Below are positions 37,026 through 47,689 of a DNA stretch of 64,000 bases, one piece after another; positions within the stretch are counted from its first letter, which is position 1; each line of letters starts with the position of its first letter. The stretch comes from a virus. Lineage: Duplodnaviria; Caudoviricetes. The stretch is taken from IMG/VR virus record IMGVR_UViG_3300028886_000058, positions 1-64,000 of that record; one strand, 5' to 3'. Position numbers and translations under genes: made by a program. Under the pieces are notes generated by a model that saw only the letters and a program-made list of their open reading frames with translations, ran no database searches and was not told where the DNA came from.

Positions 37026-37712
37026 TTAAGTTACCGGAGCAACGTATGTCCCGTTCAATGTTTCATAGCCGAATTCTCCAGTACCATCGTTCGTCAAAAA
37101 TGTTCCAGTGATTATGTTGTAAACCCCGACTTTGTTGTCGGATTTTCTCATGCACGGGATAAATATCCCTTTCCCAACTACTTCAGCATATTTTAGTTTC
37201 AATCTCGTTGTGACTGAAGTTTTGCTGTTATAGTTGAATAATTGATACTGTTTAAGTGTTGGCGAATATCTGTCCCATCGACCTTCATATTCATACACAA
37301 CACCGTCAAAAGTATATGTTGTATTGATTGCGTTTGCTTCTACTTCATAAAATGTGTTGATATCCATTAGCGGTCTTGTGCCACTACCATCGCTAGCTCC
37401 TATATATATAGTTAGAGGTTTTTGTACGTATGGTGATTGTCTTGTTAATGATCCAATTCCGAGTGCCCACATACCCGTTCGTCCTGCAAAGATAGCAGAA
37501 TCTTCATTAGAACCTCCCAATGTGCAAGCAAAGGTAGCTCTTATAATATCATTCATGTCGGATTGGTAAGCATCCGTGTTTATGAAATGGTTTCCATTCG
37601 CTTCAATATATTTAAGTTCGACATATCCGGCAGGAAGCAAGCCCGTTTTCTGCATTGCCAATAACCGTCTGCGGATTCCGTTTACGTCCACGATCCCGCC
37701 ACCCCCAGACAT
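37026..37712 (-). CDS. Putative ConA/LamG-like lectin-fold fibre protein
   Basis: LP.GY.EL.YIE..G..FI.T and FIPC.RKSD..VG.Y..I.G.F.TN.G.GEF. Confidence 0.55.
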   Translation of the reverse strand: MSGGGGIVDVNGIRRRLLAMQKTGLLPAGYVELKYIEANGNHFINTDAYQSDMNDIIRATFACTLGGSNEDSAIFAGRTGMWALGIGSLTRQSPYVQKPLTIYIGASDGSGTRPLMDINTFYEVEANAINTTYTFDGVVYEYEGRWDRYSPTLKQYQLFNYNSKTSVTTRLKLKYAEVVGKGIFIPCMRKSDNKVGVYNIITGTFLTNDGTGEFGYETLNGTYVAPVT

Positions 37713-40594
37713 CCGTCCATGATGTTGATTTCATAGGTTGTGTTGGCATCCAAACTGGACGGATCGAATCCGTTCGCCCACCGCATTGTCATTCCTGTCG
37801 GTGGAGTAACTGTCAGAACTGTTGCCGTACTACCGGATTCAAATGTTACATCAATACACCCGGAAGACGGAACAACGATGGTCAAGGTTGAGACCTCGCC
37901 GCAGACGTATCTGACTCCGGCTTTCGCCGTGATGGACGGGGTAGTGCCGCTGACGGAAACAGGGGCATTGAGCATACTGCTGATTGCTGAAAGCGATTTC
38001 TCCGGGTATGTTCCAACTGTTACCGTATCATTCTTTAAGTCCTCTCCTGCCAACTTTGACAACCCATAATAAAGTGCATAGGTCAAATATGCTGGCATTA
38101 TAGGACATAACGAATTTGTCCCCTGTTTTATTTGATTAACGGTTGACCCTTCTACCTTGAGATTCCCGTTAGCATCAATATTTACACCTTTTGTTGCATC
38201 AATTTTAGCAACACCAAGAACAGAAGTCCCTGCAACAGGGACATTTGCAACACCCTGTGATACAACCGAAACATTATTAACCTTTACGTCCGAAACCCCA
38301 CCACCACCGGACGGTGTAGACCAAACAGGGTCAAGGTTGCTATCAAGGGAAAGCACCTGCCCCGCTGTCCCTGCGGTTTCCGGTGCATCCTGTTTGCCGT
38401 TTATTTGGTTCAATAAACTGCTATTCATATCAGTCAGTTTGTCGGCACTAAACGTTACATCCGTGTCTCCGGCTCCAGCAGTATCGTCAATGCGCGTTAC
38501 ACCGAGCATGCTCTGAATAGCGGATTTGGCTTCATCGGTATATGTGCCGACAGCATTGGAGGATGCGCTTTGAGTAGCATCACCTGCAGCCTTTGCTAAT
38601 CCATAAAATGCGGCCTCATGTTGTGTATTTGGAACAATAGGGCGTTTATTATTGGATGCGGGTGTTTTGATATCGCTACTTGTCGCAGGAGCAATATATA
38701 ACATATTATATGTGCCATTACGATATATGCCAGTTGTTGTACTTGAATTGTTTCCGGCACTTACAACACCAATTTGATTTAACCCGGCAAGAGGAATATT
38801 TGCCACGCCGATTTCATTAACAATGCTCGTGCCGTTAATCTGCACATCGCTAATTCCGTATATGTTTATTTGCCAATCCTGTGCCCACGGCAATTTCGAT
38901 AACATCAATGTGCTAAGACCACCAGACCTAACCGGATCAAACGCTGATCCCATAAAAGCAATAAATTGCCCAACGTTTGGTATATTTTCTATAACAGATA
39001 TCGGAAGCTCTGATTGAACATCATTGAGAACAGCTACAGCCTTGATCTTTACGCCATTATCGTGAGCAGTTACAATATCTGAGTCTGTCGTATCGCAAAC
39101 AACCGTGTAAATAGGTTCACCGGGTGGAACTACTCCGCTTCTCGACACAAGCGTAAACGTCACAGTAAGCCCGGGCTTATCTTCCTTGGTTGCGAGGGCA
39201 GTGTCTACGTAACCTTTATTGGCGGCATCTGTAGAAGCAGTTGGATTAGCAAGCTGTGCGATTTTCATGTTCTGAGCTGTATAAACACCGTTCATAGACA
39301 GCATTGGCTCAGTCTGCATTACTGGTATAGTTTCGCTTCCAGAAGAATGAGCCAAAACTATATAAATTATACCTTCAATAGTAACTGTTGTACTGACAAA
39401 GAATATATATGTGCCACGTTGTCTTAATCCAAATATTTGTGCTTTAAAACGTTGCCCGTCACCAACTATAATAGCTTCTATATTCTTTCCACTATCGTAT
39501 GCTTGTCCAATTTCTTCGATAGTCTTATCACAGGTTGCTGTATTATTACCAGTAATAGTATATGTTGCTATCAGATCGGGCTTATCTTCCTTCTCGGCAA
39601 GAGAAGTATTTACACTTGAGAATTCTGTAGTCAGTTTGTCAGCAGACCAAGTAGAGGTTGTATCTCCGGCTCCTCCGTTATCGTTTATGACTTCAAGAGA
39701 AACCGGGATATAAGTAAGTCGCCATGACGGTATGATTGAAGCGCCGAGTAATTCGATGTCGATAAATCCTTCTGAATTTACATCTATTACTCTGCCGCCA
39801 AACACCGCAAGAGTATAAGTCGGACCTCCACCGGGCAACGCTTGGGACTCCACATAAACGGTATTTAGCTCAGAAGGATAGCGCATACTATCATTTCCTG
39901 GTTCCAGAACGTTTGCGATAGCCTTTATACGCTTACCGACATTGTAAGCAGCACCTATTTCATTGAGAGTCCTGTCACACTCGACTTCTGCGGAGTCACC
40001 AGACTGGTCAGGTGTAATAGTAAACGTTACAACATACGGAGCATCCTCTTTTTCTGCAAACTCTGTAGTCAGCTTATTCGCAGACCATGCCCTGTTGGTA
40101 ACACCCGCTCCGGCTGTATCATCAATATAAGATGGTAGTTGCGAAAAAGGAATCTTTCCTTCTTCATCTAAAGTTGCAACACCGTTTGCAACACCTTTTT
40201 CTGATAAGTCTATTTTATTTAAAACTTGCGTTAAAATTTGAGAAGAAATATCGTCTCCAATGAATGGAAGATTATTTAATGGAGTGTTTCCATTTCCTAT
40301 TTTAACGCCTGGATAAGCGACATTATTTATAACATTTCTATCTGTATATATAACAATCTCACCAAGCTCTGGAGTGATTGATTGATTTTCCCAGTAAGTT
40401 GTTGTGTTAATATTCGTTTTTGACAATAGTAAATCAGCATAAGCCATATCGCCTTGTATTGTAATGCCGCCTAAAGAAGGTAGATTTCTCAATTCGTTAT
40501 AATCTGCCGATGCAACAAATGCAGATGTTCTTATTTTTATTTGAGAAGAATTTATTGGGTTGATATTAAATTTATCCATTTTATCACCCCTCAT
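37682..40594 (-). CDS. Modular tail fibre-like protein
   Basis: Repeated IDDTAG..WSA.K, DAANKGYVD, DVQ.NGTS and FYGLAK modules. Confidence 0.7.
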   Translation of the reverse strand: MRGDKMDKFNINPINSSQIKIRTSAFVASADYNELRNLPSLGGITIQGDMAYADLLLSKTNINTTTYWENQSITPELGEIVIYTDRNVINNVAYPGVKIGNGNTPLNNLPFIGDDISSQILTQVLNKIDLSEKGVANGVATLDEEGKIPFSQLPSYIDDTAGAGVTNRAWSANKLTTEFAEKEDAPYVVTFTITPDQSGDSAEVECDRTLNEIGAAYNVGKRIKAIANVLEPGNDSMRYPSELNTVYVESQALPGGGPTYTLAVFGGRVIDVNSEGFIDIELLGASIIPSWRLTYIPVSLEVINDNGGAGDTTSTWSADKLTTEFSSVNTSLAEKEDKPDLIATYTITGNNTATCDKTIEEIGQAYDSGKNIEAIIVGDGQRFKAQIFGLRQRGTYIFFVSTTVTIEGIIYIVLAHSSGSETIPVMQTEPMLSMNGVYTAQNMKIAQLANPTASTDAANKGYVDTALATKEDKPGLTVTFTLVSRSGVVPPGEPIYTVVCDTTDSDIVTAHDNGVKIKAVAVLNDVQSELPISVIENIPNVGQFIAFMGSAFDPVRSGGLSTLMLSKLPWAQDWQINIYGISDVQINGTSIVNEIGVANIPLAGLNQIGVVSAGNNSSTTTGIYRNGTYNMLYIAPATSSDIKTPASNNKRPIVPNTQHEAAFYGLAKAAGDATQSASSNAVGTYTDEAKSAIQSMLGVTRIDDTAGAGDTDVTFSADKLTDMNSSLLNQINGKQDAPETAGTAGQVLSLDSNLDPVWSTPSGGGGVSDVKVNNVSVVSQGVANVPVAGTSVLGVAKIDATKGVNIDANGNLKVEGSTVNQIKQGTNSLCPIMPAYLTYALYYGLSKLAGEDLKNDTVTVGTYPEKSLSAISSMLNAPVSVSGTTPSITAKAGVRYVCGEVSTLTIVVPSSGCIDVTFESGSTATVLTVTPPTGMTMRWANGFDPSSLDANTTYEINIMDGCLGVAGSWT

Positions 40595-40952
40595 TTGAAG
40601 CCCATGTGACTTCTCTTGTTAAGATAAATTGACCACATACTGTGGATTTTATAATGTTTTCATGAATCAACTCTATGTCAAATTCATAAGATTCATTTGA
40701 TTTACAAATTGGAAGATTGTTAGTGTCTTCTGGATTAATTTTAATTCTATAAGTTCCCGTATCGATTTTAGAAATTCCACCAGTACTTAACTTTTTTTGA
40801 ATAATAAAATTCTGATCGCTATATTTTTTCTTTACTGTAAAGAAAATTTCTTGAAAATCTATATCCATAATTTTATCAGGTTCTTCATCTATTACAGTAA
40901 ATTCTATATAATAAATATCTCCTCTAGGCATTGCAATTCTCATAACATTCAC
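40584..40952 (-). CDS. BppU-N-like baseplate/fibre adaptor
   Basis: RGD...FTV, FTVKK, I.PEDT..L, FDIEL, F.L..EVT. Confidence 0.55.
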   Translation of the reverse strand: MNVMRIAMPRGDIYYIEFTVIDEEPDKIMDIDFQEIFFTVKKKYSDQNFIIQKKLSTGGISKIDTGTYRIKINPEDTNNLPICKSNESYEFDIELIHENIIKSTVCGQFILTREVTWASNEG

Positions 40953-40960
40953 CTCTTTTT

Positions 40961-40988
40961 AAAAGGGGAGGCGGTTTCCCGCCTCCCC
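40961..40988 (-). terminator. Intrinsic terminator
   Basis: GGGGAGGCGG/CCGCCTCCCC stem with an A-run on the + strand. Confidence 0.8.
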
Positions 40989-41087
40989 AGATCGTCACGT
41001 ACCAGTAGTAGCTGGTGCACCACTACCAGCCCAAGCAACATAACGACCCATCGCAGAATCAAAACAGCAACCTAAGTTGCATGAGTG

Positions 41088-41399
41088 TTATTCGCCTTCG
41101 GGTTCAGGTTCAGGTTCGGGTTCGGGTTCAGGTTCCGGCTTCACATGCTGAAGCACTTCACGCTTGATCTTACCGGATTCGATAGTACCAAGTTCAACGG
41201 ATTCAAGTTCGACCTTCATGTTCGGATCGGCAACGTTGATCTCGTTGTTCCACATAGCGCTAACCATCAGCGCATACTGTTTCTCCGCTTCCGCACGGGT
41301 GCCATAGGGGTAGTTCGCGGGAGTCTTCCTCTCGCCATTTTCAACATACTGCCTCTGTACATAATAATTAAGTGCCATAATAGTATACCTACCTTTCAT
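41088..41399 (-). CDS. Hypothetical protein with (PE)n tail
   Basis: KPEPEPEPEPEPEPEGE. Confidence 0.65.
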   Translation of the reverse strand: MKGRYTIMALNYYVQRQYVENGERKTPANYPYGTRAEAEKQYALMVSAMWNNEINVADPNMKVELESVELGTIESGKIKREVLQHVKPEPEPEPEPEPEPEGE

Positions 41400-41404
41400 T
41401 TATT

Positions 41405-42355
41405 TTAGTCATCATATCTGATGCCATATAATTTTAAGTTAGCACCAGATGGGATTAACGATTTGCCTGTTCCGCTTTGGTATATACGTAAAGATGTTAT
41501 ATATTCAGCAATGTAACTATCTTTAGTCATCATTTGAAGATTCTGTGAACTTCCTTCTGACGAAGCAGAAATAGTCGTTGCTGAGATTGGAGCATTTGGA
41601 ATTGCCTCAACATTGACCCTTGCTGACAAGGTTGACGATGCTGTTACATATGTTATAGATGGAGCACTTGTTGATCCACCATTACCTTGTTGATTTGCAT
41701 AGCCAACTTTAATGTAAAAACTATCTTTGGTTCCTGTTGTAGACGGTCCGGATGTAAATATTGCAACTAATTTGCGAAGCTTGAAAGGCATCTCAAATTG
41801 ATCTTCATCAACACGTATTTCTGTCGAATCTTCAGAAACAGTTACATCATTTATAAGTTCCCATTTCGTATTAGGAATTCCAAGCATCTTACGAATTGCT
41901 TTCAATGCTTCGTCAGTGTACTCGCCTACTTCGTTGGAAGAAGCAGATTGGGTAGCATCACCGGCGGCTTTAGCCAAACCATAGAAAGCGGACTTATGCT
42001 GACTACTTGGCGTAACCGCCACATAAGGCCAAGACCCGTTTTTAATTTGTGTATCAGACGGAGGTTGAAGGACAATATGACGGTTTGTCATATAATGCCC
42101 ATAAGTAGGATTGACGATTACAACCCCGGCTTTGCTTTGCGTTGCTGCGGTTATTTTTGCAACGCCGTTTTCAAGCACGGAAGTGCCGTCAACCAGCACA
42201 TCTTCAACCGGATATTCTTGCGGGGTTACATACAGATCGTCCGGAGAATAATTGACAGTAACGCCGTCAACCGTGATTGTTCCGTTTGCAAAAAGCTGTT
42301 GAGCCTGTGCATTAGTAAGATAAACCACTTTTTGTAAACTCATGCTACTGTCCAC
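41405..42355 (-). CDS. Modular tail fibre-like protein
   Basis: DV.VDGTSV and FYGLAKAAGD modules; paralog of 46780-47676. Confidence 0.65.
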   Translation of the reverse strand: MDSSMSLQKVVYLTNAQAQQLFANGTITVDGVTVNYSPDDLYVTPQEYPVEDVLVDGTSVLENGVAKITAATQSKAGVVIVNPTYGHYMTNRHIVLQPPSDTQIKNGSWPYVAVTPSSQHKSAFYGLAKAAGDATQSASSNEVGEYTDEALKAIRKMLGIPNTKWELINDVTVSEDSTEIRVDEDQFEMPFKLRKLVAIFTSGPSTTGTKDSFYIKVGYANQQGNGGSTSAPSITYVTASSTLSARVNVEAIPNAPISATTISASSEGSSQNLQMMTKDSYIAEYITSLRIYQSGTGKSLIPSGANLKLYGIRYDD

Positions 42356-43494
42356 CCCTTTGCTGTTGCTACTGCAAGTTCTGATGAAGATAATTTTGCT
42401 TCGGAAATATTGCTTAAAGTAAGCGTTTTTCCAGATACTTCTCCAAGTTTTGCAATTATTCCATTAACAAGACTATCATGGCTTAAACTAACGCACGCTG
42501 CCAAATTTATTGATTCGACTATATTATCTCCCAAATAGCAATCTTCAAGAGCATAGCAAGAACTAAACATTGCTCCTGTACTCGTACATTCAGACATATC
42601 ACATCCAGACATATCTAAAGATTTTAATAGTCTACAACCAGAAAATGTGTAATACGTGCTAGTGATTTTAAGTCCATCGGTACGAATGCTTATACTTTTA
42701 ACGTTTTGGTTATCCTGAAAAGTTTGCCCCAATGTTATACTACCAGTTGTACTTGACAAGCCATCAATATTTATAGACTTTGAACTTCTGCTTCCAAATG
42801 TTCTGCCATTAACAGATTTAATATTTTTCGCAACAATATCTATATTATCCCCATTAATGCCGCAACTACCACTATTTATTAATCGCCCAGCATTTTCAAA
42901 ATCTCCATCATTGATGATTATAGATTTCAAGTTAGGGCAAGGAGCAAATCCGTAGCCTATAGACATAAGAGGTGAAATATATAATCTTGCCCGTTCAAGC
43001 ATAATAGTGGATATTCCACCGCTGCCATTTGAATATAAATCAATAGCAGTAGCTGAATATGTTTTTCCATACATCCATAGACATGGTTGATTACTACCAT
43101 TATTATTGCTTGTATTATACATTTTTTTTGCAGCATTTGTTGCGAAACAAAATTGTCCGTTATTCAAATTAGACAATTTTACAACAGCATATTTACAATC
43201 ATCTGGTAAGCTTACAAACACATTAGGACTGGAACGTTCAATTGTAGAGTCATCGAATTCTGATAAAACCCCATTCTTATACGATGCAACAGATAGACTT
43301 GCTGTAGAATAACCGCCAACTGAGAATCCAGCATGCTTAACTTCGGTCTCACAATCATATAAGAAATAAATGCATGCTTCATTACCAGACGGAAGAGGCA
43401 AAGCTTCAATATCTGGCCAATCTTCAGGCTTAACCCATACATTAGGATCAGTCTTTGTCACGACACCAACCGGACTATTCCCAAGATATATCAT
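42340..43494 (-). CDS. BspA/DUF285-like LRR surface protein
   Basis: W.KP.DWPDI; TFSGC..LKSLD; MFSSC.AL. Confidence 0.6.
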   Translation of the reverse strand: MIYLGNSPVGVVTKTDPNVWVKPEDWPDIEALPLPSGNEACIYFLYDCETEVKHAGFSVGGYSTASLSVASYKNGVLSEFDDSTIERSSPNVFVSLPDDCKYAVVKLSNLNNGQFCFATNAAKKMYNTSNNNGSNQPCLWMYGKTYSATAIDLYSNGSGGISTIMLERARLYISPLMSIGYGFAPCPNLKSIIINDGDFENAGRLINSGSCGINGDNIDIVAKNIKSVNGRTFGSRSSKSINIDGLSSTTGSITLGQTFQDNQNVKSISIRTDGLKITSTYYTFSGCRLLKSLDMSGCDMSECTSTGAMFSSCYALEDCYLGDNIVESINLAACVSLSHDSLVNGIIAKLGEVSGKTLTLSNISEAKLSSSELAVATAKGWTVA

Positions 43495-46400
43495 GCCAAT
43501 CTCACCACCTCTACGTTGTGGATGCCAATCATGCTCTGAATAGCGGCTTTAGCGTCATCGGTGTATGTTCCCACAGGATTGGAGCTTGCAGATTGTGTGC
43601 TATCTCCTGCCGCCTTTGCAAGTCCGTAAAATGTTGCATTGTGCTGATTTGACGGAACAATCGGCATATTCGTATTTGCCCCGGCTTTTATTCGATCGTC
43701 TGTTGCCTTTGCCGTTGCAATGACTCCTTCATTGCCAGAGGATGTCATTATCAGAATTCCTGTAGCCCCCGTATTTGTTGGGTGCTGTCGAACAACCCCT
43801 AATGCGGACAAACTCGCAATCGGAATATTTGCAACACCAGACGAAACAACGCTCGTACCATTCACCTGTACGTCCCCAACCTTACCAGATAATGCCGTAT
43901 TCATTTCGGCAACTGTCGGTACGGAGTATTCGGCTACGTCATCGTTGTTAATCCATAGCTTATTCTCTTCTTCAGTAGGCTCGGTATCAGAAACGATAAC
44001 CACATTGGATGCTTCTTCGGTGGAAGGAACATCGAGCATGGACTGGATAGCGGTTTTAGCGCCATCTGTGTAAGTACCGACAGGGTTGGAAGATTCGCTT
44101 TGTGTTGAATCGCCACTCGCTTTTGCAAGCCCATAGAAAACAGAAATGTCTTGGTTATACGGAGTGATTGAACGATTATTTGAATTCCCTGTTTTAAGCG
44201 TTGCGTCATTTCTATTTGCGCCTTGCACAGATAGAATTCCGCTCGACGACATTGCTAATCCATTTCCTATATAAGCAACACCGGGAGTCGAACTGCTCGC
44301 AATTGGAATATTCGCCACACCATTACTGACGATGCTTGTACCATTGATCTGAATATCAGTGGGATTTTTGAAACTTATACTCCAGTCTTGCTGTCCCATA
44401 AATGAAGCTTTTGTAAGAACAACATCGCTGAATCCAACATTGCTCAAACCAGAACCAATAGAGTAAAGATCGATAGATCTTCCCATGAACATTATAAGTG
44501 ACCCGACATTCGGAACTGTTTCTATCATGTATAATGGCAACTCAACGCGCATTCCAGCAATATCTGCAACGGCTCTTATTTTTTCTCCATTATCATGAGC
44601 ATTCACGATATCGGAGTCAGTTGTATCACATGTAACCGTATAAGGGTCAGTCTCTTCTTGACCTGGCGCAGTAATAGTTTTATTTGTTATAACAGTAAAC
44701 GTCACTTCAAGTCCGGGTTTATCTTCCTTGGTTGCAAGAGCAGTGTCTACATAATTTTTCGTAGTAGCATCTCCGGAATCAGTTGGCTCTCCAAGATATG
44801 ATATTCTTTTGGAATACGCGATAAATGAAGAGTTTCTATCAAGCATGTCTGTTGCTATAGTTTGATAGAAATAAACTTCCCAAGTTGCACTTGAAGTATT
44901 GCCAAATACTCTTATGAAAACTGGAGCGTCTTCTGGGCTATATGTCGAATCCGCCATAATAGTAGTAACTTGCCCACTTTGACTAAAAAGTAAACGCGCA
45001 GGTAAGGCTGTTTGACCGTATAGAGAAAAGAACGCTTCTACCTTCTTATTATTGGCATACGCTTGTGCAAGTTCTGCTTGAGTTTTGTCACACGACACAG
45101 TAAAAGCAGGAGTCTGCGATGACAAATCCGGAGTAAATGTGAATATCGCCGTAAGATCAGCTTTATCTTCCTTTGTCGCAAGAGCCGTGTCAACATAACC
45201 TTTATTGGCAGCGTCTGCGGAATTAGTCGGATTTGCAAGCTGCGTAATTTTCATGTTCTCTGCTGAATAAACGCCATTCGCAGATAGCATTGGTCTAAAT
45301 TGTATCGCAGGTATAGTTTCACTCCCGGAAGAATGCATCAAAACAATGTGTATAATTCCTTCAAAACCTATCGTTGCACTAACAGCGCACAAATATATAT
45401 CAGGGCGTGGGTTCAATATCATTGGTTGTGCATTAACTCGTAGCCTGTCAGCAACTATAACAGCTTCTATTGTTTTCCCACTGCTATATGCTTGTCCAAT
45501 TTCTTCGATAGTTTTATCGCAAGTTGCTGTATCCGTTCCAGTAATAGTATATGTTGCTATTAGATCGGGTTTGTCTTCTTTTCCATCAAGTGCGGAAGAG
45601 ATAGTTGTCTGAATGCAATTTGTATTCGGAAGTATATAATCATTTACAGCAATATTAGAAGTTGCCTTATAAAGCTTGTTATCATAAATGAAAATATCCC
45701 CAATAGCATATGCGTTGTCAGAAGTATTATCTTCTTCTATAGTTGCAATCATTGCATTGCTGTTTGAAGCAATTGTTTTTAATTCATTTCCAACAGTGAC
45801 TTCGTTCCATTTTGATGAATTAAAAGCTTCGAAAGCAGCGATATCCGTATTTGCTTTATAAAATTTATTTTCATTTATACAATAGTCTCCAGCTTTAACC
45901 GGGAAAAGACCAGTATTAAAAGCGTATGTTTTAGCGAAAAGTCTTAAAATATCTAATTGTGTTTTCTCTCGACTTATGCTTCCATCGCTATTATAACCTA
46001 AGGATATTGTTGAAAAACCGCCTTCCATTGAAGCTGTTTTTACAAAACTTACCATGCTCGGAAGGACAGCCATAAGCTCAAGTCCCATCCCCATGCCCGG
46101 GGCAACTTGAACTATGCACCCATCACATTTTCCATTTGAAGCAGCATCATAAACTTCTTGGAAAGTTAAATTACATACATATTCACCAAGATTAGATCCT
46201 GGAGAGAACACAGGTGTGATATGAAGTTCCGTTTTATCCGCTTTAGAGCTGATGTCAACTTCAGTACTACCAATCATTTCCCATGAATTATTTACATAAA
46301 TGTATTCATCGTAAATATCATGAGTGTCCGGAATCTTAGGCACAAAATAGATAGTATGCGTTTTGATATTTTGTGTCGGAAGTTCCTGCACGATCTGAAC

Positions 46401-46757
46401 ATCGAATGAATTAATATCTTCAAGCACAGAGGATATCTTATTAGCAGACCATGTTTTATTTAGCCCATTAGAATTATCATCAATAATTCTCGTGGCATAG
46501 TCGGACATCTCGTCATCAACACTAGTGGATGCCCAATGGGTATTATCCCATTCTTCAGACGATGGGATATCCACGGTTGCTCTATATAAACCGCCGTCAT
46601 AAATACACAGCGTTCCTCTATTTACTGGAAAAGTAACGTCTTCGTATTTTGGAGCGATTATACTATATAAATCATCTCCTACTTGATTTAAAGAGATAAA
46701 TTCCCCAGTAATGGGATTTTTGTATTTCAGTACCCCAGTTTTAATTGATACTGGCAT
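43491..46757 (-). CDS. Modular tail fibre-like protein
   Basis: Shares multiple modules with 37682-40594. Confidence 0.7.
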   Translation of the reverse strand: MPVSIKTGVLKYKNPITGEFISLNQVGDDLYSIIAPKYEDVTFPVNRGTLCIYDGGLYRATVDIPSSEEWDNTHWASTSVDDEMSDYATRIIDDNSNGLNKTWSANKISSVLEDINSFDVQIVQELPTQNIKTHTIYFVPKIPDTHDIYDEYIYVNNSWEMIGSTEVDISSKADKTELHITPVFSPGSNLGEYVCNLTFQEVYDAASNGKCDGCIVQVAPGMGMGLELMAVLPSMVSFVKTASMEGGFSTISLGYNSDGSISREKTQLDILRLFAKTYAFNTGLFPVKAGDYCINENKFYKANTDIAAFEAFNSSKWNEVTVGNELKTIASNSNAMIATIEEDNTSDNAYAIGDIFIYDNKLYKATSNIAVNDYILPNTNCIQTTISSALDGKEDKPDLIATYTITGTDTATCDKTIEEIGQAYSSGKTIEAVIVADRLRVNAQPMILNPRPDIYLCAVSATIGFEGIIHIVLMHSSGSETIPAIQFRPMLSANGVYSAENMKITQLANPTNSADAANKGYVDTALATKEDKADLTAIFTFTPDLSSQTPAFTVSCDKTQAELAQAYANNKKVEAFFSLYGQTALPARLLFSQSGQVTTIMADSTYSPEDAPVFIRVFGNTSSATWEVYFYQTIATDMLDRNSSFIAYSKRISYLGEPTDSGDATTKNYVDTALATKEDKPGLEVTFTVITNKTITAPGQEETDPYTVTCDTTDSDIVNAHDNGEKIRAVADIAGMRVELPLYMIETVPNVGSLIMFMGRSIDLYSIGSGLSNVGFSDVVLTKASFMGQQDWSISFKNPTDIQINGTSIVSNGVANIPIASSSTPGVAYIGNGLAMSSSGILSVQGANRNDATLKTGNSNNRSITPYNQDISVFYGLAKASGDSTQSESSNPVGTYTDGAKTAIQSMLDVPSTEEASNVVIVSDTEPTEEENKLWINNDDVAEYSVPTVAEMNTALSGKVGDVQVNGTSVVSSGVANIPIASLSALGVVRQHPTNTGATGILIMTSSGNEGVIATAKATDDRIKAGANTNMPIVPSNQHNATFYGLAKAAGDSTQSASSNPVGTYTDDAKAAIQSMIGIHNVEVVRLA

Positions 46758-46779
46758 ATAATCTCTCCTTTCTAATTAA

Positions 46780-47676
46780 TTATTCCCATTTACGTTTACC
46801 AAATAGATAATAGTTGCATGTTCCTTTTACAGCATCAATCCTTATTTTTGTATAAGTTTTCTTTGTTAATTGCCACTGTGAATTCATTCCGGGCTCAAAC
46901 GCATTGTTTGCAAGAATTGATGGAGAATTTCCGCTTGTATTTCCGTTCGTATAATGTCTTATAATCATTCCGCCCTCTTGTATAATCTCAGCTGTACCAC
47001 CTTTTGCAGTTCCCCCAGGAGCTTGTGTCCATGCTGAAATATAGCAAGCATCATTTGCATTATCGTCATAGTAAAATTTAATTCTTCCATACGCCCCAAT
47101 GCTTGCTTCATTATCCTGTTGCGGAAGAGATATCATAATTCGACAATCTGTTAATTCAAAAGGAGAACCGTTATTATCCGTTGAAATATCAAAATACGTT
47201 TCAGTTTCATTTGTGAACGTACCATTCTTTATCAATTCCCACGGAGCTTCATATAGTCCAAGCATCTTCTGAATAGCAATTTTAGCTTCATCAGTAAACT
47301 CACCAACAGAATTAGATGAGTTCTTCATGTCTGCTCCAGCGAGCTTTGCGAGGGCGTAAAAAACCGATTCGTGCTGATTGTATGGGCAAATTACATCATA
47401 TGAGTTTTCTCCACTTTTAATTAATGAAGAAGTCGCTTTTTTTGTAAAAATTTGACCATTTGAATTTACTTGTATCCCACTATTGCTTGGCTTAACTACA
47501 CCAAGTATATTGCTTGTAGCCATTGGTACATTCGCCACATTATCCGTAACAACACTTGTCCCATTCACCTGCACATCTGTAACATGTGCAGTATCTCCGA
47601 CAGCATTAACTTCTACATAGTCTCCGGTATCGGGGTCTTTGTAGTTAATAACCGCTGATTTAATTGTTAAGGGCAT
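46780..47676 (-). CDS. Modular tail fibre-like protein
   Basis: DVQVNGTSVV, FYALAKLAG. Confidence 0.65.
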   Translation of the reverse strand: MPLTIKSAVINYKDPDTGDYVEVNAVGDTAHVTDVQVNGTSVVTDNVANVPMATSNILGVVKPSNSGIQVNSNGQIFTKKATSSLIKSGENSYDVICPYNQHESVFYALAKLAGADMKNSSNSVGEFTDEAKIAIQKMLGLYEAPWELIKNGTFTNETETYFDISTDNNGSPFELTDCRIMISLPQQDNEASIGAYGRIKFYYDDNANDACYISAWTQAPGGTAKGGTAEIIQEGGMIIRHYTNGNTSGNSPSILANNAFEPGMNSQWQLTKKTYTKIRIDAVKGTCNYYLFGKRKWE

Positions 47677-47689
47677 ACGACCCCTCCTT

